Below, piece after piece: positions 63,851-64,000 of a DNA stretch of 64,000 nt. How positions within the stretch are numbered: position 1 is the stretch's first letter; every line of letters starts with the position of its first letter. A program made the position numbers and the translations under genes. Under the pieces are notes generated by a model. It ran no database searches. It was not told the DNA's origin and saw only the letters and a program-made list of their open reading frames with translations. The DNA lies in contig OX638162.1 in the NCBI GenBank assembly GCA_951804945.1, positions 5,580,001-5,644,000 of the forward strand, given 5' to 3'. The stretch is from Podarcis cretensis. Its lineage: Eukaryota.

Positions 63851-64000
63851 CATGGGTAGGCAAACCTAAGGCCCACGGGCCGGATCAGGCCCAATTGCCT
63901 TCTGGATTCAGCTCGCGGACAGTCTGGGAATCGCTGCATGGATCGCTAGTGAGCGTGTTCTTTCCCTCTCCCTCCCTCTTCCTCACACGGCGGCAGCGCC
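63851..64000. mobile_element. hAT non-autonomous element, cut by the window edge
   Basis: CATGGGTAGGCAAACCTAAGGCCC matches the reverse complement of the right end of 18886-19132. Confidence 0.7.

Overview
Vertebrate genomic DNA, most likely a squamate (lizard): it has spliceosomal GT-AG introns, CpG islands and Sauria-type SINEs. The window holds one complete protein-coding gene, TBC1D2B (PH, coiled-coil and Rab-GAP TBC domains), on the minus strand. It has 13 coding exons between 47526 and 12742 whose splice sites and phases all join into a 2991-nt CDS (996 aa), with a CpG-island promoter carrying a ZNF143/THAP11-type motif. A second CpG island at about 940-1480 probably marks the 5' end of the next minus-strand gene. 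Upstream of TBC1D2B is a young, full-length L1 (52366-58306; ORF1 intact, ORF2 broken only by a +1 in an A7 run). Its target-site duplication copied the right terminal inverted repeat of a hAT MITE, so the L1 now lies inside a TIR- and TSD-bounded composite. A disabled fragment of the TBL3/UTP13 C-terminus lies at 61396-61665. The remainder is ordinary squamate repeat content (L2, CR1, RTE, old L1, Sauria and tRNA-derived SINEs, hAT and Tc1/mariner MITEs, microsatellites) plus two assembly gaps. I see no convincing evidence of a novel multi-gene system; the strongest oddities are transposon-structural. All family and gene assignments are from recalled motifs, not database searches.
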